From: Ruditapes philippinarum
Lineage: Eukaryota
DNA length: 64,000 bases
Direction: 5' to 3'
Assembly: GCF_026571515.1 (NCBI RefSeq)
Contig: NW_026855417.1
Coordinates: 310,001-374,000 of the forward strand
Notes under the pieces: model-generated
Database searches by the model: none
What the model saw: the letters and a program-made list of their open reading frames with translations, nothing else
What the model was told of the DNA's origin: nothing
Shown: one piece after another, positions 51,438 through 64,000 of the stretch
Layout: each line of letters starts with the position of its first letter
Numbering within the stretch: the first letter of the stretch is position 1
Position numbers and translations under genes: made by a program

Positions 51438-54400
51438 CATCTACATCTACATGTTACTCCCGAACAATCAATTCTGACTATGACTGGGAGGCGCTTGTCA
51501 GGAAAACTGTGTTAAAAGAATTAGTGCATACTAAAAGATAAAGATCACAGATAAAAAAGGTGCAGGATAAAAAGAATAGTGCAAGATTAAAAATATACTG
51601 GGGAGGGGACTAGAAGGTGACTGTCGCCAGCCTATCCTTGAAGGTATCTAGGCTGGGACTGGATTTGACCTGATATGGAAGGCTATTCAATACCTGAGAG
51701 TTCTAGGGAAGTAGGAATTTAGATGATATTGGGTACGGGACTGTGGGATCAGGAAGTTCAGATTTCTAGTTGGGGTCAGATGGTTATGGTCAACATATAC
51801 AAGTTTGTATTGGATTTTATAGAACACTACTAGAGAGGACTGGAGTCTGCGGCTTTCTAGGGAAGGCCACCCAAGTTCATTTAGCATTTGGGTTACACTA
51901 CTGTCGAAATTATAATTATTACAGACATATCTGGCCGCAGCTTGTTGGACACTTTCAATCTTATGACTTAGATGTTTCTGCCAGGGGTGCCATATGGTGG
52001 AACAATATTCTAGTTGTGGTCGGACATAAGTAACATAGGCTGATGTTTTGAGTTGCCTGTTTTGGGTTTTGACGTTTCTCTGGATGAATCTTAGAGAATT
52101 TTTGGCCTTGGAGGTGATGTTATTTATGTGCTGTGTCCAGTTTAGATCTTAAGAGATAGTTACTCCAAGGTATTTTGCAGATTCTGCTGATTTGAGAGTT
52201 TTATTATTTAAGGGTGTATGGCAAGATGGTGGGGTTCTTTTTACGGGTGATCCTCAGCAGCTCACACTTGTCTGGGTTGAACTCCATAGCCCAGTCCGGG
52301 TACCACTAAAATACGCAACGGAGATTTTTTGGCGCAACGGACGCAACGGGCGCAACGGAGATATTTTTTTTAGAAAAACCGGCACAACGCCTTTTTTTAA
52401 GTCAATGTGCTATATTTAAGCATCTAAAATGATTAATTAGCATTATTAAGTAAGTATGTTTTAAAATGTTTCATAAATTGAACACGTTTAATTGCACTGA
52501 AGAGTTATATGCCTGGCGAAATGGAAATTTCATGGCGCAACGGAGATATTTAAAAAAACAACAACGACACAACGCCTTTTTTAAAAGTCAATGTGCTATA
52601 TTTAAGCATCTAAAATGATTGTTTAGCATTATTAAGTAAGTTTGTTTTAAAATGTTTCATAAATTGTATATGTTTAATTGCACTGAAGGGTCATATGCCT
52701 GGCGAAATGGAAATTTCATGGCGCAACGGAGATATTTTTTTAAAAAAAAAACGACACAACACCTTTTTTTAAGTCAATATGCTATATTTGAGCATCTAAA
52801 ATGATTGTTTAGCACTATTAAGTAAGTATGGTTTAAAATGTTTCATAAATTGTATATGTTTACACTGAAGGATTATATATGCCTGGCGAAATGGAATTTC
52901 ACGGCGCAACGGAGATAATTTTGGAAAATCGGCACAACGTATGTACTAATATATGAAATTAATTAACACCAATGTTATTTAATAAATTAATTTTAAAAAA
53001 GACATAGAAACCTTAATCGTATATCAAATATAGCTGCAATGTTGATGTTGTAAAGGATTGTGTGCCGGCGAAATGGACATTTTGTATTCGCAACGGAGAT
53101 TTTTTTTCGGCGCAACGGAATTTAAAGAGAAAACAATGTTTTTATCGTAATGGCTGACACTGGAAGACAAGTATGGATTTTACAATCTGTTTCATTTTTT
53201 CCCCGTTTAATTCGTTATTTTTACGAAAAGTACTGTAATAGCTTAATTTTCTATACATAATTTTCAGAATTTTACTTAAAGAATACGAAAAGTCCGTAAT
53301 GCATACGCTGTGGACTTTCTAATGTAATCTTAACAATAAATTACCACAACCAATTTCAACAAAACGCTGCTTAATGGCTTTATTGCTACACAAATAAATA
53401 CGTTTATTTCCGTCATGGCTGATATTCGAAGATAAACATGAGTCTTTAAATCTATTTCTTTTTTTCCCGTGTATTACGTTATATTTACGTTAAATATTGT
53501 AATGACTTTAATCAATGACATGATTGTAAAACAAAGTCATATCTTTATTCAAAAGATTTGTATTACAAATAGTTAAAACGACATGCATGTAGAATTTGCT
53601 GATCTTTCTATATCCATTTTAAAACAGTAAAACACATAAAATAATTAAATTGAACATTACTTATAACAATTCCTTCCCCAATCAGAAAACCCCGTTAAAA
53701 TCAAATGCAGCTACTGTTTATTTAGCGAAACAACAGCAATTTGGTGATTGGCAGAATGTTTATCACGGGTGTTAAGTACCGATAATTAAATTACCAATGA
53801 CACGTGGTTGATGTTTATTGGACACGTAAGCGTTTTCACACCATTTAGATAATGTGATAAAGAGAAACATGTATTGACTCTAAGATATTAAATTTTTTTT
53901 TTATAACTTGTTATTGTCGAAAATATTGCTTTTTGAAGCTTGTTATGCCAATATTTCACTCAAACTATGAGAAAAAATGGTGTATATGAAATGTGAGACG
54001 TAATAAAACATTTTGGAGTCTGAATCGCCACTGATGACGGTCAAGTTTTCTATTACAAGTGTTAAAAACATTAAAACACCCGTGCCATACACATGCACGA
54101 TACGTTGCTAATTGCTAACAATTCTCTCGTAATTGACTACCTTTTGTTAATATCATAATTATGAAATATTTGGATTGCTCTTGATGAAATATACGAATAC
54201 GCAACGAACTGTTATTGAAAAAGTACACAATGATTAATGAAAGATAATAAATTGATAAAATAATATAATATGATAAAACTGTTATGATAATCCCCGTTGC
54301 GTCGAAATGTGTCCATTTCGCCGTAATTTTAAATATCTTTTACAATATCCTATTTTCAACATTTTCTAAAAAATAAAGGAAAGTAAATCAGTTTTAAAAG

Positions 54401-55220
54401 ACTGTTACTTATTATTCTCAAATTCTTATGTTATGTTCAAATATAAGATCTACCCGTTATGCAAATCTTTATTTTCCGTTGCGCCGAAAAATTATGTCCA
54501 TTTCGCCGTCCATTTAGAATCTGATATATCCAGTATTCTACCTAATAAAATCAAAACTTATACAGTATATGTTAAAAATATGTATAAATATCAACAATAC
54601 CAACTTATATAATTATTTTATGTTTTAGACATAAAAACAGTATACACAGTTTTGAATATAAAATCTCCGTTTCGCAATAATCCATCGGCGCAACGGAGTT
54701 TATGAAAGGTATATAACAACAATACAATGAATGTTTATAATAAAAAATACTTAACATTGATTCTGTAATATCAACATATGACTTTATTTAGTATATACTA
54801 ATGCAAATTCAATTAAAAGTACTTTGTTTGCTAGTTTAAAAAAAAATAAATCTCCGTTGCGCCAATGAATTTTTGCGCAACGGAGTTTTGAGCGGTATTA
54901 CAATAATACAATGCTTATTATATAGAACATATTGTTTTTAGATGATTTCTATAAATTCAAAATATTATTTTATTAAGCACATACTAATATAAATTGAAAA
55001 AATGCATTGCTAATCGTATTTTATTGCCACATTTTAAATTTTGAACTCCGTTGCGCCCGTTGCGTCCGTTGCGCCAAAAAATCTCCGTTGCGTATTTTAG
55101 TGGTACCGGCCCAGTCCCGTTCCCAAACTTCAAGTTTATGTAGGTCGTCCTGTAGTCTGTCAGCGTCAGTCTGGTCTTTAATTGTCAAGTAGACTATAGT
55201 GTCATCCGCAAATAACCTAT
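51438..55220 (-). mobile_element. 5'-truncated non-LTR retrotransposon (CR1/L2-group RT C-terminus), interrupted by a DNA transposon
   Basis: RLFADDTIVY...LQDDLHKLEVWERDW | AMEFNPDKC...KYLGV...VRPQLEY...SSVTQMLNELGWPSLESRR...YFPRT. (ATGTAG)n 3' tail at about 51438-51452. Possible TAATATA TSD (51431-51437 and 55225-55231). Confidence 0.85.
52298..55108. mobile_element. 2811-bp non-autonomous TIR DNA transposon (Mutator/Foldback-like)
   Basis: 63-bp TIRs (52298-52360 and 55046-55108; only the terminal base mismatches). Perfect 9-bp TSD GCCCAGTCC. Many CGCAACGG motifs and about 190-bp subterminal repeats. No transposase ORF. Confidence 0.92.
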
Positions 55221-55778
55221 AACCTAATATATAATTAATGGACGTGAAATGACCCATTTACATTTGTTTATATGATTATCTGTAATCAACCAGGTACGTA
55301 CATTACCTGAATCAACAGACAAGTAGGCCTACAGAATATATATGTATATCATCCTTTAACATCATTGAAAAATAATTGTGTTTCTAGCCTGAAAAGACCC
55401 ATGATTCTATAATATTTTGCTAGCAACCATTCAGAACTTGACTTTCTGCTAATAATATGTTAAGTAGGAAAGGAATTTACTTAAAATCTTACCATCCATA
55501 GTCTTACGTTGACGTACGTACATATGGCGCAAACTAAATAAAGGGAGAAAACTCTTACTGTCTTACTCTCTTTATCTCTACTGTAACAGGCGTTCTGCCC
55601 CTCAATAAAACCAACTCAAAACAAAGTAAAAACTGGATGCTTTTTGTTTAAAATGTAATAATGTATAATGGTAATGCATTGTCCAACTAATTAGAATTGA
55701 TTCAAGCACTTTTAAGTGTTGAAAAATAAATACCGATCAATCAGGTGCAATCAGGTGCTAGGGTGCGTCAAATTAATT

Positions 55779-56037
55779 AAGGTGCTAGTCGCATTGATTT
55801 GACCTAAAATGTCTTCAGTCTTGTTATTCTTGTAATATGAGAGCTATATCAATATACTAAAAAATTAAAAGAGGGGAAAAAAAAGATTATTGTTATATTG
55901 TTATAGACATATTGTTATTGTCTATAACAATATAGCAATTTTTTTTTCTATTTTAATTGTTTTAGTATATAGATATACTATTACAAAAATAACAAGATTA
56001 AAGATATTTTAGGTCAAATCAATGCGACTAACACCTT
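55779..56037. mobile_element. Fold-back MITE (near full-length palindrome)
   Basis: AAGGTGCTAGTCGCATTGATTTGACCTAAAAT... is inverted at the right end. Inner arms ATATTGTTATAGACA / TGTCTATAACAATAT. Confidence 0.8.
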
Positions 56038-58243
56038 TGGGGTGCGCAAGAGGTGTTGCATTTTTTTCATTACGCCTCATGTACAGATTCAAACAAACCG
56101 AGTCTGCAATTTTCATATAATTTTTTGTGATTAATTCTTCCGAGGGAACAGTTTTTCTCCAGATCTAGATCATTATTACATCACAACAGCGGATGTCAAG
56201 TCCGTTATGGCAGCTGTCACTATACTGTAGTTGCCCCATACTTCACTTTGTTATATTTTTCTGGTCCTTCGGGATCATTGATTCCAGCACTTTTAAAGTC
56301 AAGTCAGGTACGTATATTAATATACGTACCTGGTCAAGTCAAGTAAATTTTAATTATAAGTCGAATTCGTATAATAACAAACATATAAGCTCTAATGAGC
56401 TTTTTAATTACACCGTCTACTGTAATATATTACATTTGGTAAAGATATGATATATAAAAAAAAACATGGTTACAATACAACGAAAGGCTTTAAGCTTCAT
56501 GCGGATGTTTATTAATTCAAAATTTTACCATTTTCGTGATTAAATGTTGAATTTTGCTTAAGTCGGTGCTTCGGGGCGTGGACGGTAACTTGCACTTTCC
56601 AGTACCGTCCATGAACAGGCTCAATCAAACCGAGCCTGCAACATTTTCAATATTGCCGTTTTGGTCTTTCCTAATTAAGGATTCGGTTTTCCTCTATTCA
56701 GATAAGACAATATTGTACTAACATTTATCGATATCAGCAAAAGTAAGAAGATCTGATATAAATAGATATAAACAGCAGAATACATGCTACAGCTAGACTA
56801 CATAAAACACACAACATTTAAGCATTTGAAACGTATTTCACTCAAGCCAGACTTAGAACAGCAAAAATTAAAATACGATTTTAAGAATTCAATTTTATAT
56901 GATCTATTTCTGAGTATATTTTGTTATTTATTTTTATATATCTATATCTGTGAACAAGTCAATATGTGCGAATTAATAAGTAATTTGGAAATTTTACTCA
57001 AACTTACCAGATTTTAAACAAGAGACGATGAAAAAATGACTATAAATTATTTTTGGACACATAAAATATAAATTGGATATGTAAGGCAAGCCTAATAATC
57101 ACCAATGTTTAATTTAGCACCTCAAACTCACTTTTGAAAGATGAAAATTACCATTTTTGACGAGTGTTTTATTTGTATATACAAAAGTTTCCGTCGAACT
57201 CCGTACCAGTTATGACAAGTTATCATAAGAACCGTAACAGTTCCTCCCCCGTGATGATAGGACTTGAAATAGTGCAGATCTTATTATAGTTCACAACTCT
57301 TGCTGAAAAACAAAACAATATTATCAATCCATACCTTTTCAATTTGTCGTGGTCAAATTCTATATCAACAGATATTTCGCAAGGTCAAATTCTATATCAA
57401 CAGATATTTCGCAATGTATCACGTATGCCATGTGAAGTTTAACGATAGCTATTATGTCAATACAGGAAGGTTTAACTTGCTTAGCTGGTTATTAATCATC
57501 CGTTATCACGTGAAATATGTAAACAAAGTTGTTTCAAAATTAAGGTGATCTAAAAACATGTATGTTGGCTTGCAAAATAACATTGCATATTTAAACATTT
57601 GCAGCATACATTAACAAACTTATTCGAATTGTAGCCTATGATAGTTGATCAACGATCAGGATATTTTCTTAAACGTAAGTTGTTTCTACATTATAATAAT
57701 TATCTATGAAAATTATTTTATTGAAGGAGAACATATGTGATATTAAAAAGTAGAAATATGTCCAAACGTAAATCACGGATGCCGCCGCCTCCATCCCGGG
57801 CTTCAATTGTCAAAAGTCCGTGCCTCCACCATGCAAGTATCTTTGACATTACTGGGAATAAAGGCATCTATCGGATCACCATATAAATATTCACCTTCAG
57901 GACACTCTATATTTATTTCTTAATTTAAACATGGCAACATATTTCCCAATTTGGTATTTTTTATCAACCGAAACACCGCAAAGTCCGTGCGCCGAAACAT
58001 ATAGAATGCAATCTAAAAACAGACTATAGGACATCTGTACAGTAGAAAACAGATAGTTACAAAAATTGAAACAGACTATACAGTATCAGTTCAATATTGA
58101 GGACATGATAAGAAGAGTGATTGGGGTTGTAAATCTTTAGGAAAGGGTGGATATTTGTCACAAACTCTGATGATAAGAGGATAGTTTCATAGTAGGTACT
58201 TTATATTTTCTTATCTAACAGAAAAACTCGTTTTCCTTTCAGA

Positions 58244-58257
58244 ATGGATAGAAATGG
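58244..58257 (+). CDS. ABCA5-like transporter, putative first coding micro-exon (MDRNG)
   Basis: CTAAC branch-like site, TTTTCCTTTCAG acceptor, 15-nt exon AATGGATAGAAATGG, GTAAGC donor. Phase 2 joins in frame to the next exon. Confidence 0.6.
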
Positions 58258-61200
58258 GTAAGCCTTTATCAGTTTATTCGAGGTGTTATTAACTGGTTAT
58301 AATTTATTTAATATTTCAAAATGATGTTTACAAACAGTTAACTAGGTAAACAGGACCTTCAGAGAACTAAGAAATTGGTATATTGTTTGGCTTCCAGAGT
58401 GACTGCTTTAAGGCTTAATTAATTATTATTTATAGAATTAAACACTGTTAAATACTGTATTTTTTCATTTAAGTGGCAGAATATGTCTTGGCATCTTTTA
58501 TGTGATCTGGTCCCACATTAGTCCTATAAATATGACGTCGCTTTGAGATATTTTTGCTTCTGGGCAGCTTGACCGACAAAAACTATAACAAGCCTGTAAC
58601 GTCTAATATATTGGACTAGTCCCACATGTGATCACTGAGCTTAATCTACTACGGTTATACAGTTGAGTTCAAAGTAAATTTTCCATCCTTGTGCACACCA
58701 TGTGCAATTGTAATTGTTAGGTATGTTTTATTCATAATTCCATTTTTGATAAATTGATAAAGTTTATTTTATTACAGGTATTAAAATGCATGATATTATT
58801 TGGACTTTTGTGAGCTATCAAAAGCTAGCTAGTGCCTGTAGTTGATTGTTTTATATCATGCATTCATGTTTGACTGAATATAGTGATATAGATATGTACA
58901 TTTGACTGTGTCATCCAGTTGGCCTGCATTAGGTTGCATGAATCACACACCTCTATGTCACCTTTTTATGCTCCCACTCCAGGGAGGAGGGGGGAAGGGG
59001 GTATTTAAGTTTGCCCTTGTCCATCCATCAGAGTGCGTGTGTGCTGTGTCACATATGTAGCTCTAACAGTGCTTGAGCTAGTGTAAACAAACTTTACAGG
59101 TATGTTGATCAGCATGTGAAGTTGTGCACCTGGGATTTTGCTTGTAAAATGTATATTTATTCAGTTTTGATAGTTATTGCTCATGACTAAGTAAATATAT
59201 TTTGCAATTTTCAAATTGTGTCACATGCAGCTCAAAACATATTTGACTTGGAGTCATGAAACTTTACAGAAATGTTGGTCAGCAGGTGTAGTTGTGCATT
59301 GTATTTTGCTTGTTTTTAATTTCTTTTAAACATACATCTAAAATTGAAATTTGAAATTCTTGCAGCTCAATATTGGGAGAAATCAAGATAATCAACATTG
59401 TAAAAATAGGAGGTTATTTTATGCAGGAAGGGGGACATGTAGAATTTCCTTTGTTTGTCTGTCTGTCTGTTTGTCTGTCTGTCATACTGTCATGTTGTAT
59501 GTCAATAGACTAACAATTTTAAGCAGTAGAATGTGGGGACATCAGTGTCCTATGGACACATATCCAGTTCTACAGTGTTTATGTTTCAATTATTTGTTTT
59601 ATAATTTTGATGCCACTAAATTGATGATGTTAATTAGCGTCCACGCCGAAGGGCGACACCCTTATCAAATGAAATCAGATTTTGTGAAAGGGCAATTGCA
59701 ACTTCTAGAGCCTTTTTGTCGGCCATAAAAGCCGAACATTCGTATTGATATGAGTGTTTGATTATCGAAAATGAAATGTTGCAATATGTAAAATGAGTTG
59801 TCATGGGTTTATTGATAGGCATGTAAACACACTGAAGGGTCAGACTAGGTCATTAAAATAGTAGATTGACCTCCCAAATAAATAAATTAATAGACTTTGT
59901 TCATTTTGACTATTATGTTGCATGTTCCAAAGAAAATACCACATGAACTTGAAATTCTATCAAACAACCAATATAAATGATACTATTCAAAAATACCCTA
60001 TATTATAGTATAAATAAACTTATACCATATAGGGGGTATATATTTTGGATATTATAGAACTGTGTATTTTGGATATTATCATTAACATTGATAGAATTAA
60101 AGTTCTTACGGAAAAAAATTAAATATTTAAATGTCTAGTAATACAATACTTGTTATGTTGGACAATAGCTTATATAGCTAATGTTTATATGTTTTTATGA
60201 AACCGACTATAAATAAAGATTATCTTATCTTATCTTTGTTAAATTAAAACAATTAACCATTGAAAAGTTTATAATCAGATGTCTACTAGTTCATCTTCAC
60301 TTGCTGCATTTCTTTTTTTGCTTTGCATCAATGCTTTTCTTGTACATAATTTATATAATATCTTACTTACTTGGTGTAAGATGAGTTTTAATGATAATTA
60401 CAAGTAGAAGTGAGGAGGATACAACCAATCATCAAGCATGAAACACATTTTAAGATAATTGACTTTAACTCACATATCATATGTTCAGATGATGTTCATA
60501 TCATATAACATTATACGTCTAGTATATGTGTATTTGCCTTATAGTATTGCAAACTGTTTGCTTTCTAAATGAATATATTGTGACTTAGAAAACTTTTCTG
60601 CAAAATGAAAGATTTGTCAAGCTCGTAATGTTGAACATGAACTATGAAGTTAAAGGGACTCCACTGGGTTTTTTTGACATGCTTGGACGGGAAATTATTT
60701 TACGAGATTACTGCTTCAGTTGATATAAACTAATAATTATATGCACGATAACAGATAACAGGTTTCACTCAAATTTGGATAAGGATAGCAAAAATTTACG
60801 ATCAGAGTACATTCTTAATTATCAGTATCTTTTAGCAAATCATTCATTTTAAATGCCCCATCAGTTCTGTTCTATTTAAGGAATTTAAATTTAATGCTTT
60901 TAGGTTTTTGGACCTCAGACGCAGCAGTCAGAGTTGAGCTCCTTAAATAGTTTAATACATTTGTAAACTTTTGGACTGACTCTACAAAGTTTTGATTACT
61001 TGCATTGTGAAGTTATTTAAACACTTCATCTTTATATAAACAGTTAAATGATCCCAATCATAGTTTATTTAAACAGGAAGGTCAGTTACTGGTGAGACTG
61101 TAGTATAATTCATTGTAGAGACTAAGACTGGTAGAGTACATACCATCAACATTGTCAAAAGTTATATCAATAAACACCATATAACAATTAGAGGAAGCCA

Positions 61201-61896
61201 GGGTCATTTCTGTGTTATCCTTTCATTAGCCAAGGATTATGTCCAGTTATAATTTTTGATTGGTTAGGCATCATTGTTGTCATCATTATTGTTGTCATAC
61301 AAAAACTTAATATAGCCCATACACGAAAAAATTCTAACAGTATCACATTTACATTGCTCGTTAATCTTGACAAGGGGCACTAATTTGAAAAAGGGGCATT
61401 TCTCTGAAAGCTATATATGTGGAGTAATAATGCCTCCTAAGTTTGAATTTAAGAGTTTTTGTTTTAATTGTTTATTAAGTTGAATAATTTCAAAACAATG
61501 TGAATCTTGGAAGACTTGAAGACAATGACAAGGCATAGTTGTAAAGCAAGGGACTTTATCCTGAAAGCAATATATTAAAGCTATTTTTTAACTTAGAAAT
61601 TTGTAAAAAATTCTTATTATTAATAGAATAATTTAAACATGTCAAAGATATCAACTTGAAACTTTTAATACTTGATTTATTATCTGGGCATGACGAGGTA
61701 CAGTTGTAAGATCCCGAAAGTAATACTTTTAGAAGTTATGCCCCTTTTAAAATTTATGATACCGTATTTATAAAAATCAGTTATTGATAGTGGTTACCCT
61801 TTACAGACAAGCATTAACACTGTATGTAGTTCTCTAGTATATAACATTTTAGGATTAGTGTTTAAATGATCAGTATTTCACTTTTATCTTTTTCAG

Positions 61897-62041
61897 AACT
61901 CCATTCTCAAATAAAGTGACACCTGACATACAATCAGGTCAACAACGTTTGACGATGCAGTCAACATGGTTTGGTCAGTTCAAGGCTATGATGTACAAAG
62001 TTCTTCTCTTAAAAAGAAGAAATAAGAAAACAACAATATAT
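61897..62041 (+). CDS. ABCA5-like transporter, coding exon 2
   Basis: TTTTTCAG acceptor. Reads TPFSNKVTPDIQSGQQRLTMQSTWFGQFKAMMYKVLLLKRRNKKTTIY, matching the ABCA N-terminal Q-x-K-x(5)-L-x-K-x-R pattern. TAT|GTAAGT donor, phase 0. Confidence 0.85.
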
Positions 62042-62832
62042 GTAAGTTGTCTAAGAAAATGACAATATAGATGTAGGTTGGATAACAAAACAACAATATA
62101 TGTATGTTTGTGTAAGAAAACAACAATATACATGTACAAATATAAGATGTATAAGAAAACAACAATATATGTAAGTTGTGTAAGAAAACAACAATATATG
62201 TAATTTGTGTAAGAAAACAACAATATATGTAAGCTGTGTAAGAAAACAACAATATATGAGAGTTGTATGATAAAACAACAATATATGTAAGTTGTGTAAG
62301 AAAACAAGAATAAATTTTTGTTGTGTAAGAAAACAACAATATATGTAAGTTGCATAATAAAACAACAATAAATGTAAGTTGTGTAAAAAAACAACAATAT
62401 ATGTAAGTTTGGTAAGAAAACAACAATATATGTAAGTTGTTTAAGAAAACAACAATATATGTAAGTTGCAATTAATAAAACAACAATATATGTAAGTTGC
62501 ATAAGAAAACAACAATATATGTAAGTTGTGTAAGAAAATAATAATATATGTAAGTTGTGTAAGAAAACAACAATATATGTAAGTTGTTTAAGAAAACAAC
62601 AATATATGTAAGTTGTGTAAGAAAACAACAATATATGTAAGTTGTCTTAGAAAACAACAATATAGATGTAAGTTGGATAAGAAAACAACAATATATGTAA
62701 GTTGTGTAAGAAAATAACAATATATGTAAGTTGCATAATAAAACAACAATATAATGATGTAAGTTGTGTAAGAAAACAACATTATATGTAATAATGAAAG
62801 GCATATAAGAAAACAACAATAAAATGTAAGTT
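62022..62832 (+). repeat. 29-bp tandem array made from the exon-2/intron-2 junction of the ABCA gene (about 27-28 units)
   Basis: Unit TAAGAAAACAACAATATAT|GTAAGTTGTG. The first unit is the coding end of the exon plus the real donor. Confidence 0.95.
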
Positions 62833-63179
62833 AATATTTGTATTAAGATGTAAAATGTTACTTGTATAAGAAGCAAATGTATATAATATAATTCATGTAA
62901 AATAACAATGTTTGAAAACATCAATATAATAACACTAATTTGATACGCATACATTATGTCAGTTTAATATGTATCCAACAATAGATGTTCATGTATGTAA
63001 AACATTTAATGGAAATGAACAATTAATCATTATATAAGTTATTTGAAAACAACAACAGCAATATGTATGCTTTAAAGTATAAAGAAATTTCAGTATATCA
63101 GTTATAAAAAGTTAGGTACATCCTATTAGTGACTATACATATAATGTCCTTGTAATAAGATATTTACATTTCTCTACAG

Positions 63180-63955
63180 GAGTTCTTCTTACCGGTTTAC
63201 TTTATCGTGATACTGGCAATCATTCGATTAACTTCACAAAATGACCCGCTTGATCAGTTTGGCAACTTTCCAAATTATTCACTATATGATAGTAGATTCA
63301 CCTGGACAATGGCTAACAAAAACCTTATAGTATCACCAGATACTGCAGAAGTTCAGCAGTTGATGGCGAACGTGAAACAGTTGATTCTAGACAAGACAAA
63401 TCAGACGATAGTTATTCAGTATTTCGCTAATGCAACTGAGGTGGAGGCTGAATACGTTCGTAACAAGACAAATATCCTAGCTGGTATTGTCATCAATTAT
63501 AATAATGGTTCAAATTTGACCTATGCTCTAAGATTTCCCGATGGTAAATTACCAAATACAGACATTGGTAAAACGTATACTGGACAAGGAGGTTGTCGTC
63601 GTAGAGATGGAAAAAACGGACAGACTAATGATGGGGGTCTTCAAAATGACTATAGTTGTCAAGTCAATAGCTACCTGTTTGCAGCATTTTCAATATTACA
63701 GTCGGCAATTGATACAGCACTGATACAAAAAGAAACCGGAGTTATGACATTTTCTTTACCAGATATACTGGTAGAAATGTTACCGAAATCAGCTTTCCTG
63801 CAAGACACAAGCTACATACAGATTGTATCATCAATATATTTCGTGATCGCGTATTCGCCGTTAATAACAATGTTAACTGTAGCATTGGTGGCAGAGAAGG
63901 AAAAGAAGATAAAAGAAGGCATGAGAATGATGGGACTTAGATCTTCTGCATTCTG
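63180..63955 (+). CDS. ABCA5: ABC transporter subfamily A (ABCA5-like), coding exon 3 (TM1, extracellular domain, TM2); gene continues beyond the window
   Basis: TCTCTACAG acceptor. Reads EFFLPVYFIVILAIIR...LQSAIDTALI...VAEKEKKIKEGMRMMGLRSSAFW, with the ABCA EKE..K(E)...MGL hallmark. TG|GTAAC donor. Exact ABCA orthology uncertain. Confidence 0.85.
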
Positions 63956-64000
63956 GTAACATTTTCCTCATTTAATAGTACGGTATTATGGGACTTTCCC

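Noticed and set aside
61975-62954. Minus-strand hydrophobic ORFs (LHILLFSY/TYIYCCF repeats)
   Set aside because: Antisense translations of the 29-bp donor array, cycling through all three frames.

Overview
AT-rich eukaryotic (metazoan) DNA. The repeat landscape (HINE/pearl-type elements, tRNA-SINEs, BEL/Pao and Penelope-like fragments) suggests a bivalve mollusc, which is an inference. The window holds three tandem minus-strand paralogues of the MFS transporter MFSD13A/TMEM180 (A 14546-18784, B 26853-41654, C 46916-51080). Each has four coding exons, the same intron phases and a hand-checked open spliced frame (476, 467 and 473 aa). Divergently on the plus strand is the 5' part of an ABCA5-like lipid transporter (exons 58244-58257, 61897-62041, 63180-63955). 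Most of the rest is transposons and satellites: an 8.6-kb BEL/Pao LTR element inside an intron of copy B, a 2.8-kb TIR element with a 9-bp TSD inside a LINE, nested MITEs, and six tandem arrays. The most unusual signal is a 29-bp tandem array built from the ABCA exon-2 end plus its splice donor, leaving about 18 extra GTAAGT donors behind an in-frame stop. Two other arrays also start right at exon edges. The paralogues are mosaics consistent with gene conversion. Several tracts, mainly about 34.3-40.4 kb, show homopolymer-inflated sequence that is most likely low-accuracy assembly.
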